Part shown: in pieces, positions 12,664-26,200 of the stretch
Layout of the letters: each line of letters starts with the position of its first letter
How positions within the stretch are numbered: the stretch's first letter is position 1
Assembly (NCBI GenBank): GCA_951406725.2
Contig: OX597817.1
Coordinates: 133,610,001-133,674,000, forward strand
Direction of reading: 5' to 3'
DNA length: 64,000 nt
Source: Octopus vulgaris
Taxonomy: Eukaryota
Notes under the pieces: model-generated
Database searches by the model: none
The model's input: only the letters and a program-made list of their open reading frames with translations
What the model was told of the DNA's origin: nothing
Translations under genes and position numbers: made by a program

Positions 12664-13944
12664 CTCTTTGTTTTAACATTACAGGATAGTTCTAAATGAG
12701 AGTCACTGCCATATAGTTCTATCCTATTTTCTACAAAAATGTATCAAGTGTGGGGAAATATTACCTTACTTAAAAACAAGTAAGGAATGGTAATAGAAAG
12801 GACATCTGGATATAGCAAACCTGACTCAAAGAATTGCATCCGACCCATAAAAATATGGAAACATGGACTTAAAATTACATTGGTGCTGTCAACAATATCA
12901 ATATATTTGACTGGCTTTTGTCTAGTACCTCTCTGCTGCATCTCAGTCACAAGGTTATCATTGATTTGAAGTTATACTAAAGACCCTTGGTAAAGGTACT
13001 GCATGAACACATGCAGCTATATGTGAACTTGAGAATAATTGATTTATGGTGTGGTAAATAATACACTCTCCTCTTTTGCATAGAAAAAGACACCAACAAA
13101 AGAATAAGAACTCAAGAGTAAAAGGTTTTATAGTTTGGTACATTATACTCTCACCTATTATGTATAGAATGTGCAATATTTGGCACATGTTGCATATGGA
13201 AAGTTGTGAAATTTATGCTTTTTTTTTTTCCAAGGCCATTATCATTCTAAGTGAAATGCAAATGAAACTGAATGACAGCACAACAACAACACCATAACAC
13301 CTGGCACTTATAACTATTGACTTACGCATTGAAAATATAATATTCTTGACTTTTTTTTCAAGGTCACTAATGACATAAAATTTGCCTGTATACCACTGCC
13401 CTGACAACAATAGTAAAAATAGATAGTCATGTGTAGATAAATTTCAAAAAAAATAAATAAATAAACTTTATGTAAGGATTCCCTGAAAAAATTAGCAGAA
13501 GGTGTATGTTCTTTATATTGATGCTGTTGATATATATACATTAGTGTTGTGGGATTTTTATTCCCATTGTTGATTTGAAATGTGAGAAAATTGGAAACAT
13601 ATGGGAAGGTTAGGTCACATTGTTCAATAAACAGACCAGAATTGCTAGACTGAGACTGTATGGAATATTTAAGTCTTCTTTCATGCAGTGATCGATCCAA
13701 GATTTGAAGCATTTTTTTCAAAGAATAGCATCTTCATCTTGCTAATTATTACAATATGAAGTACTATTGTCTCTCCATACGTAAGTTATTGAGAGTTCCA
13801 AGACCTCAGTTATTATCATGTTAACTCAATACATGGATATTTAAGAAAAGAACTAATGATTTTCAGAAACAGGAATGATGCTAGTGTTAATGTCAATAAG
13901 TACTCATCAATTTTTAGATAAAAGCACAAAATAATACACAAAGT

Positions 13945-14412
13945 ACAGGCATGGTTGTATGATGAAGTCAGTTTCCCAACCAAACAGTTACAGGTTCATT
14001 CCTGCTGGGTGGTGCTATGGGCAAATGTCTTCTACTACAGCCCAAAGGAAACCAAAGCCTCATGATTAGATTCAGCTGAAAGAAATTGAAAGACATCTAT
14101 CATGTGTGTGTGTGTGTGTGTGTATGTGTGTTTGCATGTGTGTGCGTGTGCTTACACATATGTATATTTGCTAGGATTGTGCATGTGTGTATGTCCCTTT
14201 GCCTTGAATTTGTATGATAGTTGTAAATGGATGTCACTGTCATACAAATGATGTCCTTCATTTCTGTGAAACCATGTCCACCTAAGGGGAAATATTACAT
14301 TATTTGGAAACAAGTGAGACTTTGTGACAGGAAGGGCATCCAACCATCATTGAATTCCAACCAACCCATGCCAGCATGGAAAAATGGCTATGACATTGAC
14401 GATGATGATGAT
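13945..14412 (+). mobile_element. Decayed tRNA/CORE-type SINE with RTE-type (GAT)n tail
   Basis: Head and core (gggcaaatgtcttctactacagcc...ccaaagcct) match 31934-32095. After (TG)n and a different body it ends aggaagggcatcca...ccaacccatgccagcatggaaaa...gatgatgat. Confidence 0.65.
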
Positions 14413-15249
14413 AATGAATATAATTAGTTTCTTAACTACAAGGTCAGTTTTTGTAGGTGAGGAATTTAAATTTCATAGAGAGCAAAAATGTGCTCAACTT
14501 GTTAGGGTGACCAGTTAGTATATGTTGTAATCCTGAATGTTTTCAATAAGGAGCAACTCTCTCTGTAGTTTTGTTACTTTCTCCTCATTGCCAGACCTTC
14601 TGATTGATGTACACAGTAAAACTGCACATCAAAGCATACATATTCAAATGTTCAGTGATAGACCACGGAGAACAACTACAAAGTACATTTCTCTCACTGC
14701 AATAAGCAGGTGCAGTGGCTGACAATCTACCTCCACCAAAAGAAGCCATTGGATCCGGCTAATGAGAGAATTCTCTCCCCCTCACTGCCATTTATAGAAG
14801 ATAAGCACAATATCAGTAAGGTCCTTGGCAAAGACATTCATCTCAGCAGTCTATATAAAATATAATACCTAAGACTATATTAAATTAAATAACAGTAGGT
14901 ATATGATACAAAAAAAATGGGATGGTCATGGCTAGAATACTTTTAATTATAGGTTTGCTGAATCAGAGTGAAAATGGGTCTAAACAAAAACAACAAACAG
15001 ACTCTTCATGATTTCTTAATGAGTTCCCAAGCAAACATATCACAAAGGTGGCCACACCAATTTGTTAATTATAGGCAAGTTTGTTTGATTCAATGTCTTC
15101 CTCAACTGTTCATTCAAAATGCCTAAATATGAACCACACTACTTTAATTAAAATAATTCTGTATTTCAATGATTCTTTCTTGCATTCAATGTTTTACAAT
15201 CTTTGTGTAGGTCCTATTCTTCTGGGTAAAAATTTAAAATGGGACGGTA

Positions 15250-16690
15250 TGTGGTATTGTGGTGTGGCTTTGAATGAATTAGCTATGATTACATAAATAT
15301 CACCCAATGGATTCACAAGAAGTGTTGTGTTTTGTTTTGATGAAATTTTAGTAGAACAGTTTCCAGTTCCTGTTGGTAGAAACATCTGAATGAATCAAAT
15401 AAATCACTTGGTGCCAGTTTTACATTGTAATTAAGTATCTGCAACAGTTGTAACAGCTATCATAATTTCACTTAACATTTAGAAAGGCATGTGTTGAAAA
15501 GAGAAGGCTGGCGAACAATAACTTTCTTTTATGTACCATGTGTTGTTACAAAAACATATAGACCTCTTTCTCTTCTCTTAGTGACAGCACTTGTTTTTAT
15601 CATTACAACAGAGTGGGTAATCTGATAAGGGGGCACCAAGAACACTGTTAGCTTTCAATATTTCAGAGATCATAACACACCAGTTTTGTATGTTTCCCTT
15701 CCTCTGGTATCACCTGTTTTGTTGATCAGTGATGATCTGACGTTTATGAGTAAATATAACTACAGCCATGAAACTTTTTAAGGAGCAGTTTTCAGTTTGT
15801 TTCATATATCAACTTACTTCAGTTTTGTTTATATTTTCGTTTCCATTGTCTTTGTGGCAGCAAGCAGAATGCTAGGAGAGAATGTAGTTATTTGAACTGT
15901 GGGGCAAGTTGAAATACTTCTTTTCTAATTGAAAAGAACCCAGAGAAGACTATGCTGATATCTTGAGACAGCTTTTTATACTATCTTTCAGCCATATTGG
16001 TATCCATTGCAGAAGCATTTTTCTAGCATACAAAAAGATTTCTGCATTTTTCACATCCTGAAGTACAATTTCCACTTGTGAGAAATTTTTGGTTTGTTTG
16101 ATAAATATTGTGGTTGGAAATGGATACTTTTGCGAGTTGATCATTTTGTAAAAAATAGTTGAAATGAACAGGAGATAATTTGCCTGATCTGACTTGTGTT
16201 TGGTACACTACTTGTTGAGGTCATTACTACATGAATTCAGCTAGAATATTTCCGACTTACACTCTTGTCACGAACTCAAAAGAGCTTTGGAGTTTGGTAT
16301 TTGGAAATGTCAGCTAACTTTGCATAAAGATACTAGTGTTGGTTGAACAATGAAAGTACAAGCAATGTTTGGTTGGATCATTTTCTTAAGAAATATAAGA
16401 ACAAGAATGTGGAATTATTTTAGATGCAGGAGGTGGAGACTATGTTCTTGTGCATTGAACTGAGATGGAAAAGGTGCACTGTTATGTTGTGCTGGTTGAT
16501 GAAATAACTGAAGATGATGAGTTAACAAATAAAATTTCAAAACATGTTGCAAGCAAAGATTTTTGCATTCTCCAAAGTGACAATGCCAGATGATGCTGAA
16601 ATATGCACACATGAACATGAAGATATCGTATTTATTATGCTTGTTCCATACAACTGTGAGAGAGTTAAGCTAGGTATTCTCTGTAGAAAT
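15250..16690 (+). pseudogene. Heavily decayed large DNA-transposase-like relic
   Basis: Scattered peptides in order: ANNNFLLCT (~15510), ENVVI (~15880), FSHPEVQ (~16050), SDLCLVHYLLRSL (~16190), GDYVLV..HCYVVLVDEITEDDEL (~16435) and DIVFIMLVP (~16622). They resemble motifs of invertebrate transposon ORFs. Many stops. Confidence 0.3.
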
Positions 16691-17225
16691 ATGTGATTTC
16701 TTGTTGAGCTATCGGCCTACAAGCCAGAGTAAACACAAGGACATGTTGTAGACCAATAATAAATCTTATTTACAGGCGAGAAACTGAAGTGACAATCATG
16801 TCTGGTTGAAGTTGCCTGGTAAAATATATCGATGTGATTGAAAAGTGAAATGATGCCAACATAAATTTTTGATTAGATTATGACTATTGGTGTGTTCCAA
16901 CATGGCCCATAGCATGTTCCAACTTACTCCACTGTGAGGCAAGTTAGACCATTTAGAATAAGGTGACAAATTGTACTTTTTGCAAGAATTTCTCCAAGCC
17001 TCCCCTGAATTTGTTTCCTAAACATGTATTGTACGCATATATGCATCTATGGAATAGATGATGTAGTAGATTTATTAATATAACCATATGCTGAAAACAA
17101 GTGTTTTTGTGAAATGTTCCAGCTAACCACACCTTCCTCTAATGCCTGATCAAATTCTGAGAATACCTGCTCCAATATGAATATGTTTCTGACATGTATA
17201 CAACCTGCTTGCTGCTACTTATCTG

Positions 17226-17287
<62 letters not shown>

Positions 17288-18374
17288 GTGTGCGTGTGTA
17301 ACTTGAGAGACAATTAGTTGTTTTAGTTACAAAATTCTGGCATTTTCTTCACACTTATATATATATACCTGGGAACAGATTTTAAAACTGGATATCTTTC
17401 TAAATGGCAGCTACAGCTTGGGAAGACAAAACTAGATATAGAAATGATGAAGAATCAAGACATCAAAAACAAAATTCTATGATATTAATGAACCTTCATT
17501 ATTGAGTATTGAGTATTTAATGGAATTTTTTTTTATAAAGGATCTCTTTCAGTGATAGAAACATCCATGTTATGCAATGATATCAAAGTTATAGAGGCAT
17601 TCATCTAAGAAGAACCACTGCAATTCACCTTGACTGCCTCTGTTTATTAATCCTTTGCCAGAATGCCTTAACCTTGTTAGTCTTTGGAACCATTACTCAT
17701 GTTGGAGTTGATAAAATCATGTGAATGATTAACCATAAGGTATTGATAATTACTGAAAAAAGTGAAGCATATACAATTATTGGAGAAGCTTACGTAAGGA
17801 TGGAATGTTCTTTATGTCCACCAATAATGGTAATGTTAATGTGAAGTTAGACAAGCAATGAAGTGAGCACTGTTAAGATCTTACTAAACTATAATATGTA
17901 ATATACAATATACAAATAGATTAGCACAACATTGTTACTGAATCACTAGTGAATTTAATGTCAATTTTCCCTGCTAGCTCTGTTCGAAAGAATTTACAAA
18001 ACATCTATTTACAATCCCAGATTCACTTCTGTATTTTGTTTAGTGTGCATCACTTTCAGCTTTACTTCAGAACAAATGTTCAACACTTGGTTTTTGCAGC
18101 TTGTATTCATGTAGAGTTTGGTGCTGATTTCAGTGAAACTATCTTTCCTAAGCTAAGCAGTTTTTCACAAGCAAATTTAGGCTCTTCAGTAATCTAAAAT
18201 GATAGTCAATTATACCAATACTGCAGAATATCAAACTTCAGATATATAGAACAAATGAAGCATTGCATTGCTTACTCTGCAAAACAACAAATACAACACA
18301 GAAAAAAAGCTGATCTTACAAATTTCACACAAATGACAGCCTACTATCTTAAAAGGAGAAAAGCTTATAGAATA

Positions 18375-19484
18375 ACTAGCTGAATTACCCGGAAAAGTTG
18401 GGGTTGTTCCCGTTCCCATTTCACTGTTTTGTATCCTCTCCCATCCCTGTTCAGTTCCTATTTTAGATCCGCTCCCATTCCTATCCCCAGTCCTATGTCA
18501 GTATATATATTTTAGAATCAGTTAGGTGTAATTAAGCCATTAGATATTTTATTAACCTTTGTGGTAATAGTTTATTGCTAAAAGTAGGTATTACAAACAA
18601 TTAATAACATTAGTGGATGAATAAGGAATGTCCCTACATTATTTTAATAAATAAATATGCATCTGAGTAAAATAAATGAGTTGACTGGTAATACCAGGAA
18701 AGCAGGGGTTATTCCCAGTTCCCGCTTACCATTACACTTTTCCACGCCTATCCTGTTTCCTGTTCTACTCCCATCTTTATGCCCAACCCATCATTTATGG
18801 TAATAGTTTATTGCTGAAAATAGGTATTACAAACTATTAATTTGATTAGTAGGTGTATAAGGAATGTCCCTATATTATTTAACAAACGAATATGCATCTG
18901 AGAAAATAAATTAGATAAATAGACAGATCTACAAATACATTGACAAATAGTCCACGTATTGTAGCTGGCGTTGTCACGTGTCATAGCATTTTGTAGCGTG
19001 GCTGTATCTCGTATTGCACGATAAGAATGATTAAGATGCTATGATGATTTAGATTTAATTCATCAAATTAATCTCATGGTGAACTAATGTCCAGATCATT
19101 GGTTATTACATTGTCCCATGTCCTATCCACGAATCATGCAGTTGACCATGTCCTTAATGTGACCTTAGTGTGATGTACGGGGGCTTCATGCAGAATTGTT
19201 TACCTTTTGGAAAGCTGAGTCATTCACACAAAGGTCACATGCTGTTTTCATTAAGGAGTGCATGGTTAAGACTTACAGAAGCCTTACAGAATTCATATCA
19301 GTAGATGTGTTATTGATTTGTAAACGTGCTATATATAAATTTATAAATTTTTTTAAAAATCCAATTAGTCTATAATTCAACTAGATGTTAGTTTAACATG
19401 TATGCAATATTTCATCAAGATTGGTTCACTGGTGTAGGCAGCAAGATGGTAACAGACAGACAGAAATTGCCATTTATGTATAGA
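18375..19484 (+). mobile_element. Non-autonomous Helitron/Helentron-like element (DINE-1/Lep1-like layout)
   Basis: 5' end actagctgaattacccgg..gttgggg. 3' end atttcatcaagattggttcactggtgtagg...taacagacagacagaaattgccatttatgtataga. Contains an internal direct duplication. Confidence 0.6.
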
Positions 19485-19678
19485 ATGTAAACCTTGATAT
19501 TCACTCTAAAATGAAAAAGATGGGCTGGTCACAGCTGGAATTCTTTCCATCTTAGGTTTGCTGAATAGCAACCAGCCTGGGGTTAAATAAATATTTGTTA
19601 TATTATAATGAACAAATCTTGAAAAAATATTGAATTGCACTAAACTAACTTTTCAGTATTATTTTGCAACATGACAAA

Positions 19679-19717
<39 letters not shown>

Positions 19718-19944
19718 TGTCATGTTATACTTACACACTATACACATACATAGTCATGTTTTATTACTTTACAATTGTTGGTATGTTGAATAGGTAATTT
19801 TACACACACACACACACATATTTATACATAGACATGTTTATATATAAACATGAATATAGTTGTATATATACAAATAGATGTATATATGTATATATGTGTG
19901 TGTGCAATTACACACACACACATACAACCACATACACACACAGG

Positions 19945-20085
19945 GCAGACTTCTTACAGTTTCCATTTAACAAATTCTCTCACAAGATTTTCCTCAGCCT
20001 GAGGCTGTTGTAGAAGGCACTTGCCTTAGGTGCCATACCATGCAACTGAACTCAGCCAACTTCTTGACTACATACCAATTCTCAC
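19945..20085 (-). mobile_element. CORE-type SINE 5' half, decayed
   Basis: Reverse of head/core (ggcacctaaggcaagtgccttctacaacagcctcagg). Other decayed halves near 25770, 30075, 34495, 44618, 45215 and 48670. Confidence 0.6.
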
Positions 20086-20329
20086 ACTTATTTTATATGT
20101 GTGTACATATTAAATCTCTGTGATGTCTCATCCAAATCAAAGTATGAGAAAAACATACATAAAATTGATGTTGATAATACACACACAAACACACATAGAT
20201 AGATAAATGTATATCATTGTCATCATCATCATCATCATTTAACACCAAAAACCATTATGGAAAATAGAGATTAAATGATAATGACGATCATTCATGATGA
20301 ATATATATATGTACAGATGTGTGTGTATG

Positions 20330-21665
20330 ATCATCATCATTTAGTATCTACTTTTCATGCCAACATGGGTTAAATGGTTTGACTGAAATTGGTAAGCTGG
20401 CGGGGGCTGCACTAGGTTCCAATCTGATTTGGCATGGTTTCTACTGCTGGATTCTCTTCCTAACACCAATAACTCCAAGAGTGTAATGAATGCATTTTAC
20501 ATGCCATTGGTACAGGTGCCAATTATGTGACACCAGCATCGGCGATGACTATGATTTCACTTGGCTTCACGGGTTTTCTCAAGCATGGCATATCACCAAA
20601 GCTCCTAGTCACTTGTCATTGCCTCCCTGAGGCCCAATGTTCAAAGGGTGCTTTTTACGTACCACCAGCATGGGTGCCAGTTACGTGACACCAGCATCAG
20701 CCATGGTTATGATTTCACTTGGCTTTATGAGTCTTCAAAAGCACGGCATATAGCCAAAGCTCTCAGTCACTTGTCATTGCCTACGTGAGGCCCAGCGTTT
20801 GAAGATCATGCTTCACCACCTTATCTCATGTCTTCCTGGGTCTACCCCTTTCACAGGTTCCCTCCACAGTTAGAGCGTGCCACTTCTTTACACAGTTATC
20901 CATGTCCATATGCATCACATGACCATACCAAAACAGACATCTCTCTTACACACCACATTTGATGCCTTTAATGCTCAAATTTTCTCTCTATTTTCTGTAC
21001 CTTTTAAATGTTTATTTTACCTGTGCATCTTCCACACACAAAATCTGTTTTCTATGTTAACTTTCATCTGATATTGCTGCACCTCTTATGTGTCCATAGC
21101 TTAAACCAGGTACATTTTATGGAGTTTCTGCCTAAACCTTTTCTACAGATTGAGCAAGGCCATGTACCTGAAGGGATTTGTGATTTGTCTGCTTTCTTCC
21201 TTACTAAGACTTTGGTTTTTGCTAGATTAAGTCCACACCTGAATTTTTTTCTCTGGTTCTGCTAGGGATTCAGCTATAAGAGCAAGGTCATCAGCATAGA
21301 GGAACCCCTATGGGCAACCCATCTTAAATTCCTCTGTTATTGTCTGGAGGACTATGATGAATAAAAGGGGGCTGAGGACAGATCCTTGGTGACCCCTACT
21401 TGTACCCTGATTTCATTGTTATACTCATTGCCAACCTTCACCTTACTGACAGCACCCCTGTACATGGCTTGCACAGCTCTCACCAACCACTCATCTATCT
21501 CTAGCTTCCACATTGACCACCAAATAAGTAAGTGGGTGACTCTGTCAAAGGCTTTTTCTATGTCAACAAAAGCCAGGTACAGAGGTTTATTTTTGGCTAA
21601 ATATTTCTCCTGCAGTTGCCTAACCAAGAATATAGCATCAATCATGCTCCTGCCTGGCACAAACC
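20330..21665 (-). mobile_element. RTE-clade LINE, 5'-truncated with internal deletions
   Basis: RT motifs FVPGRSMIDAIFLVRQLQEKY..LAFVDIEKAFDRV, QGSVLSP, FLYADDL (~21284-21304), then WPCSICRKG and RGRPRKT, followed by a repeat-containing 3' UTR and a (GAT)n tail. Confidence 0.92.
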
Positions 21666-22353
21666 TGTTGTATGTATATATATCATCGTTATTTTTATGC
21701 ATGCTTTTCTATACTTTAAGTTGGATGGGGCATCACAGAACAGACCAGTTTTGCATGAGGATTACTACCATCTTAAACAGGTCAAAGACTATGGCTCATA
21801 CAGTCCATTTTGGGCCATGCTTCCTCAAACTGGACAGCCTTTGTAGCAGCAACCATGTTTTAGAATGTACAGGGTGTATATATTGTGGTATCAATGCTAA
21901 AGAGTTTATCATATCCTCAACTAACTTTGAGTCCTACTCTGTATTGCTGATAGATAGATAGCTATATAGATAGATGTATTATTAGATGATAAAATGAATG
22001 GATTATACCTGGTTGCTTACTGGTAAAGCACAATCAAATTCACAGTGTTTGTTATGTATTTGTGGAGCTGTTATTTTAACAAGTTATATCTATTTATCAC
22101 TCAAAGGGACACATCTGCATCATCAGGATGCTCCTGATTCATTTGTTAAGTATCCCACCCATCAGGGTTCAATGCTAGAGGGGTCAAAACAGTTGTAGTG
22201 ATTAATAAAAATTCTCGTATCTTCCAACTTCCATCTCCCATTGACCAAATATATATATATGTTGAGAGAAAGATTGTTATATTTAGGGAAGGCCACCTTT
22301 TGCCAATCAAACACATGCACTATTTATTGGATTTTCACTTTATAATAATAATA

Positions 22354-22407
<54 letters not shown>

Positions 22408-22418
22408 ATTATTATTAT

Positions 22419-22977
22419 TTAGTGAGAGTGTAGTGCATACCATCAAAGTGACACTAGGGTAATATATACGAAGCCCAGTATACCCATCATGACTACCTGT
22501 CTGATAAGGGTATACCAGGCACATGCATCACAACCATATGTGCGCGACATGGTGATCTCATATCAAGATAAACAGTGCATGACCTTGCAGGTGGAGCTCA
22601 GTTAGAATTTTCTTCAGATCGAGTAGCACATCCCGGTCAAGAGGTCCCTGAATAAGGATTGTTTAAGGATGTTGAACGAACCACCCATTTTTCCAAAGGT
22701 GAATTATCCAAACCTCTAAGAATTCCTTTCAATACATAGCTATGATGCTCCCTCACTACTTCTGCTCATGATCAGAGATGCATATATCGTCAGCCACTAA
22801 GGGACATGCTCAAACTGGTTAAGGTCAAACAAATGACAAGTAGATCTGTGGTATTGAGCAGAATATTTGCTGTAGCCCATGTTTTACACCAAGACAAAAC
22901 AATGTACATGATAACACTTCCAATCAGTTAAGATCAGAAGCCATGAGAACCACTGCCTGGTACTGCATCAATGCATT
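22419..22977 (-). mobile_element. About 560-bp non-coding element embedded in a (TAA)n/(CAA)n tract
   Basis: Complex, GC-richer block bounded sharply by trinucleotide tracts on both sides. No ORF, TIR or tRNA head seen. Strand inferred from the TAA-tail orientation. Confidence 0.5.
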
Positions 22978-23019
22978 TATTATTATTATTATTATTTTTA
23001 TTATTATTATTATATATCC

Positions 23020-23273
23020 GTTGCCAGCCTCGCCTGTCCTCTGTGCCGGTGGCACGTAAAAAGCACCGTTTTCCAGCCTCGTCTGGCACGTAAAAAGCAT
23101 CCACTACACTCATGGAGTGGTTGGCGTTAGGAAGGGCATCCAGCCGTAGAAACATTGCCAGATCAGACTGGGCCTGGTGCAGCCTTCTGGCTTCCCAGAC
23201 ACCAGTTGCACCATCCAACCCAGGCCAGCATGAAAAGCGGACGCTAAATGATGATGATGATGATGATGATGAT
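23020..23273 (+). mobile_element. RTE 3'-UTR/tail fragment
   Basis: ggcacgtaaaaagca x2, agtggttggcgttaggaagggcatccagc...ccaacc...catgaaaagcggacgctaaatgatgatgat. Same tail as 20330-20500. Confidence 0.85.
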
Positions 23274-26200
23274 CATTAGTTTATTTGTTAGTATTCTTTT
23301 ATCACACATTCTATGACCTCTTCAGTGACTCTTTGTCTTCAAGAATACAAAATGGAATACACAGGACAAGAGGAGACACATGGGACAGAAATGACATTGA
23401 AGAAGTTACAGAACTTTGACAAATAATCTAATAATAATAATAATCCTTTCTACTAAAGACACAATGCCTGAAATTTCGTGTGGTGGGGTGACTAATCAAT
23501 TACATTGATTCCAGTGTTTCACTGGTACTTAATTTAACGAGCCTGAAAGGGTGAAAGCCAAAGTCAGCCTCAGCAAACCATCTCCAAATATAACAGTTTC
23601 TGTTTCAACATACAATTTCACATCAAGAATCTTGTAAAACAAGCACATAAACATATATATACTTATACATATGTACGTCCTTCCTTATCCCAACCACTCC
23701 AAGAGTGTAGTGGGTGCTTTTTACATGCCACCAGCATGGGTATCACAACTACAATTTCCATTTTTTATTATGATATGGATGTATGTGTATCACTCCATTC
23801 AAGACAATTGTAAGTTGTTTATACAGTTGAAGAGTGGATATAGTACCATGAAATGTTTTGTTTGTAATGTACCCTCATAATTGTATTATATTATATAACA
23901 TTATTACTTTCCCATGTCAGCTTTGAAGAGCTCAAGCTACCACAGAAATCATGGAGTAGTATATTCAGTGCTAGAAAGTAAAAGCACTTATTTTGAAAAC
24001 AGTTGTTCTTTTTAGTCAATTATATTTGTCAATCAAATAGTGCATATTGTATATGCATGCATTATGAAACATGTTGTGTACTTTATTTTACAGAAAGTCT
24101 AATAGTTGTGGTAAAATGACCTCACAATTTTCAATATTATTCTGCTTTTCATGTGGGCATTGTTCAAGCAGATCCCCACGAACCAAGTCAGTTATCATTT
24201 GAAGTTAGTGCAATCATAGGTGGATTAAAGGACCATGTATTATTTGTATGTTCCAATTCAGGCATGACTTCTAGAGCTTGACACCCTTCCTAGCACCAAA
24301 CACTTTATAGAGTATATTGGGTAAATTTTATTGTCTTAACAACTCGAGAGAGATTGTCATTTCTTCAGCAGAGCTAAAGGGTCTCCATTCGTTTACTAAT
24401 CACTTTACACCTTTTAGTGGGTGCTTTATATCATCTCATCATTATATCATTTCATCAACACTAGTGAGGTTGCTTTAGTCCCCTACAAGGTTAAAGAGTC
24501 ATCAACATGCCATGTTGTATTTATTCAAAGGAAAAATTAAAATCCTGATTCCCTAATCAGTGGGTTACTATAGTTTGCACTTTTAATAGTTGTATGCATT
24601 AAAACATGCATGTGTGACAAATCATTTATTGAAAAAGATGGATTTGTAATTGTTTGGTAATATAAAATAGCTGTTAACAGAGCGTGGAGTGAATTATTGT
24701 CATTATATTATCCACACTTAATCTTTTTAATTTTCCAAAAACAACATATGCCACCTCAACTGATATATTGAGTGCCACTTGTTTTTCTAGAACCACTTAA
24801 GTGGAACTGAAATGTTACAGAGGTAAACATGTTGATTTGCAATGATTCATACTTTCTATGTTGAACCTCCCATTCTAATTGATTCAATCTTCGGTGTGGT
24901 GTTAGTGTTGTGAACAAAAAAGGAAAAAGAAAATTTGGTAGTGGTGGGTTTCACATTGAAAATCCATACCATAAAAAATCTGAAACGCCACATCACAAAA
25001 GATCTGTCAACACAAATCTAAAATTCACCATTTCCCTACCATCATCACCACCACCAACAACAACAACAGCAACAAGGATTGTTTTGCTATTTTGTTTTTT
25101 ACCATTTTCTCTTGCATCAAGTTGCATAGGTTAGCAGATCCATACTTGTGATCATGGTTCAGAAATGGTTGTTGTATAATTTTATAACTTTCTTGGGAAA
25201 ACATTTCCATGTCAAATTTACTTTGCCTTTTGTTGCTAAATTATAGTAATCTTCATCAACAACAGTGATGAGATCAAACTCAGTCAACAGTAGTGTTGAA
25301 AGAGAGAGAGAAAGAAAAAGTAAATGTAAGAAACAAAGTTTTTCAATTGTTATTGGCATGTTACATGCTGAATATTGTGTTGGCTTCAAGAGAAGATTGG
25401 AAAGAACTATATTATTTGGGGAGACCTTTAAGAAAAATAATCTTATAAAATATATTACTTCAAAGTAACTGCTTCAGCTGAAAGTGAGAACAAATACAAT
25501 TTGAAGGTTATAATATTCACTGTGTGTAGGTACACCAAAGGTTGTGGACAAATTTCATTACGACTATGTTAGTTTGTATGTGTGTGTTGTGCATGTGTGT
25601 TTGTTTGTGTGTGTGTTGTGCGTGTGTGTGTTTGTGGTGTGTGTGTGTTCTGCGTGTGTACATGTGTGCGTGTGTTGTGTGTGTTGCGTGTTTGTGTGTT
25701 GTGTGTGTTGCATGTTTGTGTGTGTGTGTTGTGTGTGTATGTTTGTGTGTGTGTGTGAACATACATTTATGGCTTAGAAGTTTGCATCACAGTTACAATG
25801 ACTGGTTCAACCCCAGTGCAAAGCATCTTGGGCAAATGTCTTTTATCAAAGCTTCAGTTGGCCAAATCTTAAGAGTGGATCTAGGTAAACAGAATCTCTG
25901 TAGAAGCTCTTTGGGTGACTTCTCTGGCCCAAGCTTCTCCCAGACTATATCATACTGAGTATTGTGTTAAGCATACTAGTGTCTGTGGAATATTCAGCAA
26001 CTTGCACTTTTAATTCGATGATTTAGTTGTTCATTTGATCCTAGAACCCAAGTTTAGTATTGATTTGGTCAATATTTTACATAAACAACTGCATGCTAGT
26101 AGATTCCATGAAAAGAAGGGCAAAGAAGGAATGCTAGGGAGGTAATGTTCTTGAAAAGAAGGACAAGGTATAGTGGTTACTGTGAAGCCTTGGTGAGGTG

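Noticed and set aside
15340-15385. LPTGTGN resembling a helicase Walker A (- strand ORF 15194-15385)
   Set aside because: The invariant Lys-Thr/Ser is missing and no downstream helicase motifs follow.
16560-16770. ILQSDNAR and GHVV-RPII resembling a Ginger/GIN integrase
   Set aside because: The motifs are in the reverse of their native order, and an alternative frame fits the surrounding relic better.
17119-17132. 14-nt antisense match to the miR-34 body
   Set aside because: Seed absent and no hairpin.
25103-25235. Possible - strand exon NKRQSKFDMEMFSQESYKIIQQPFLNHDHKYGSANLCNLMQEKM
   Set aside because: Weak acceptor and donor (gtaaaa), and no recognisable homology. Worth revisiting only with RNA-seq.
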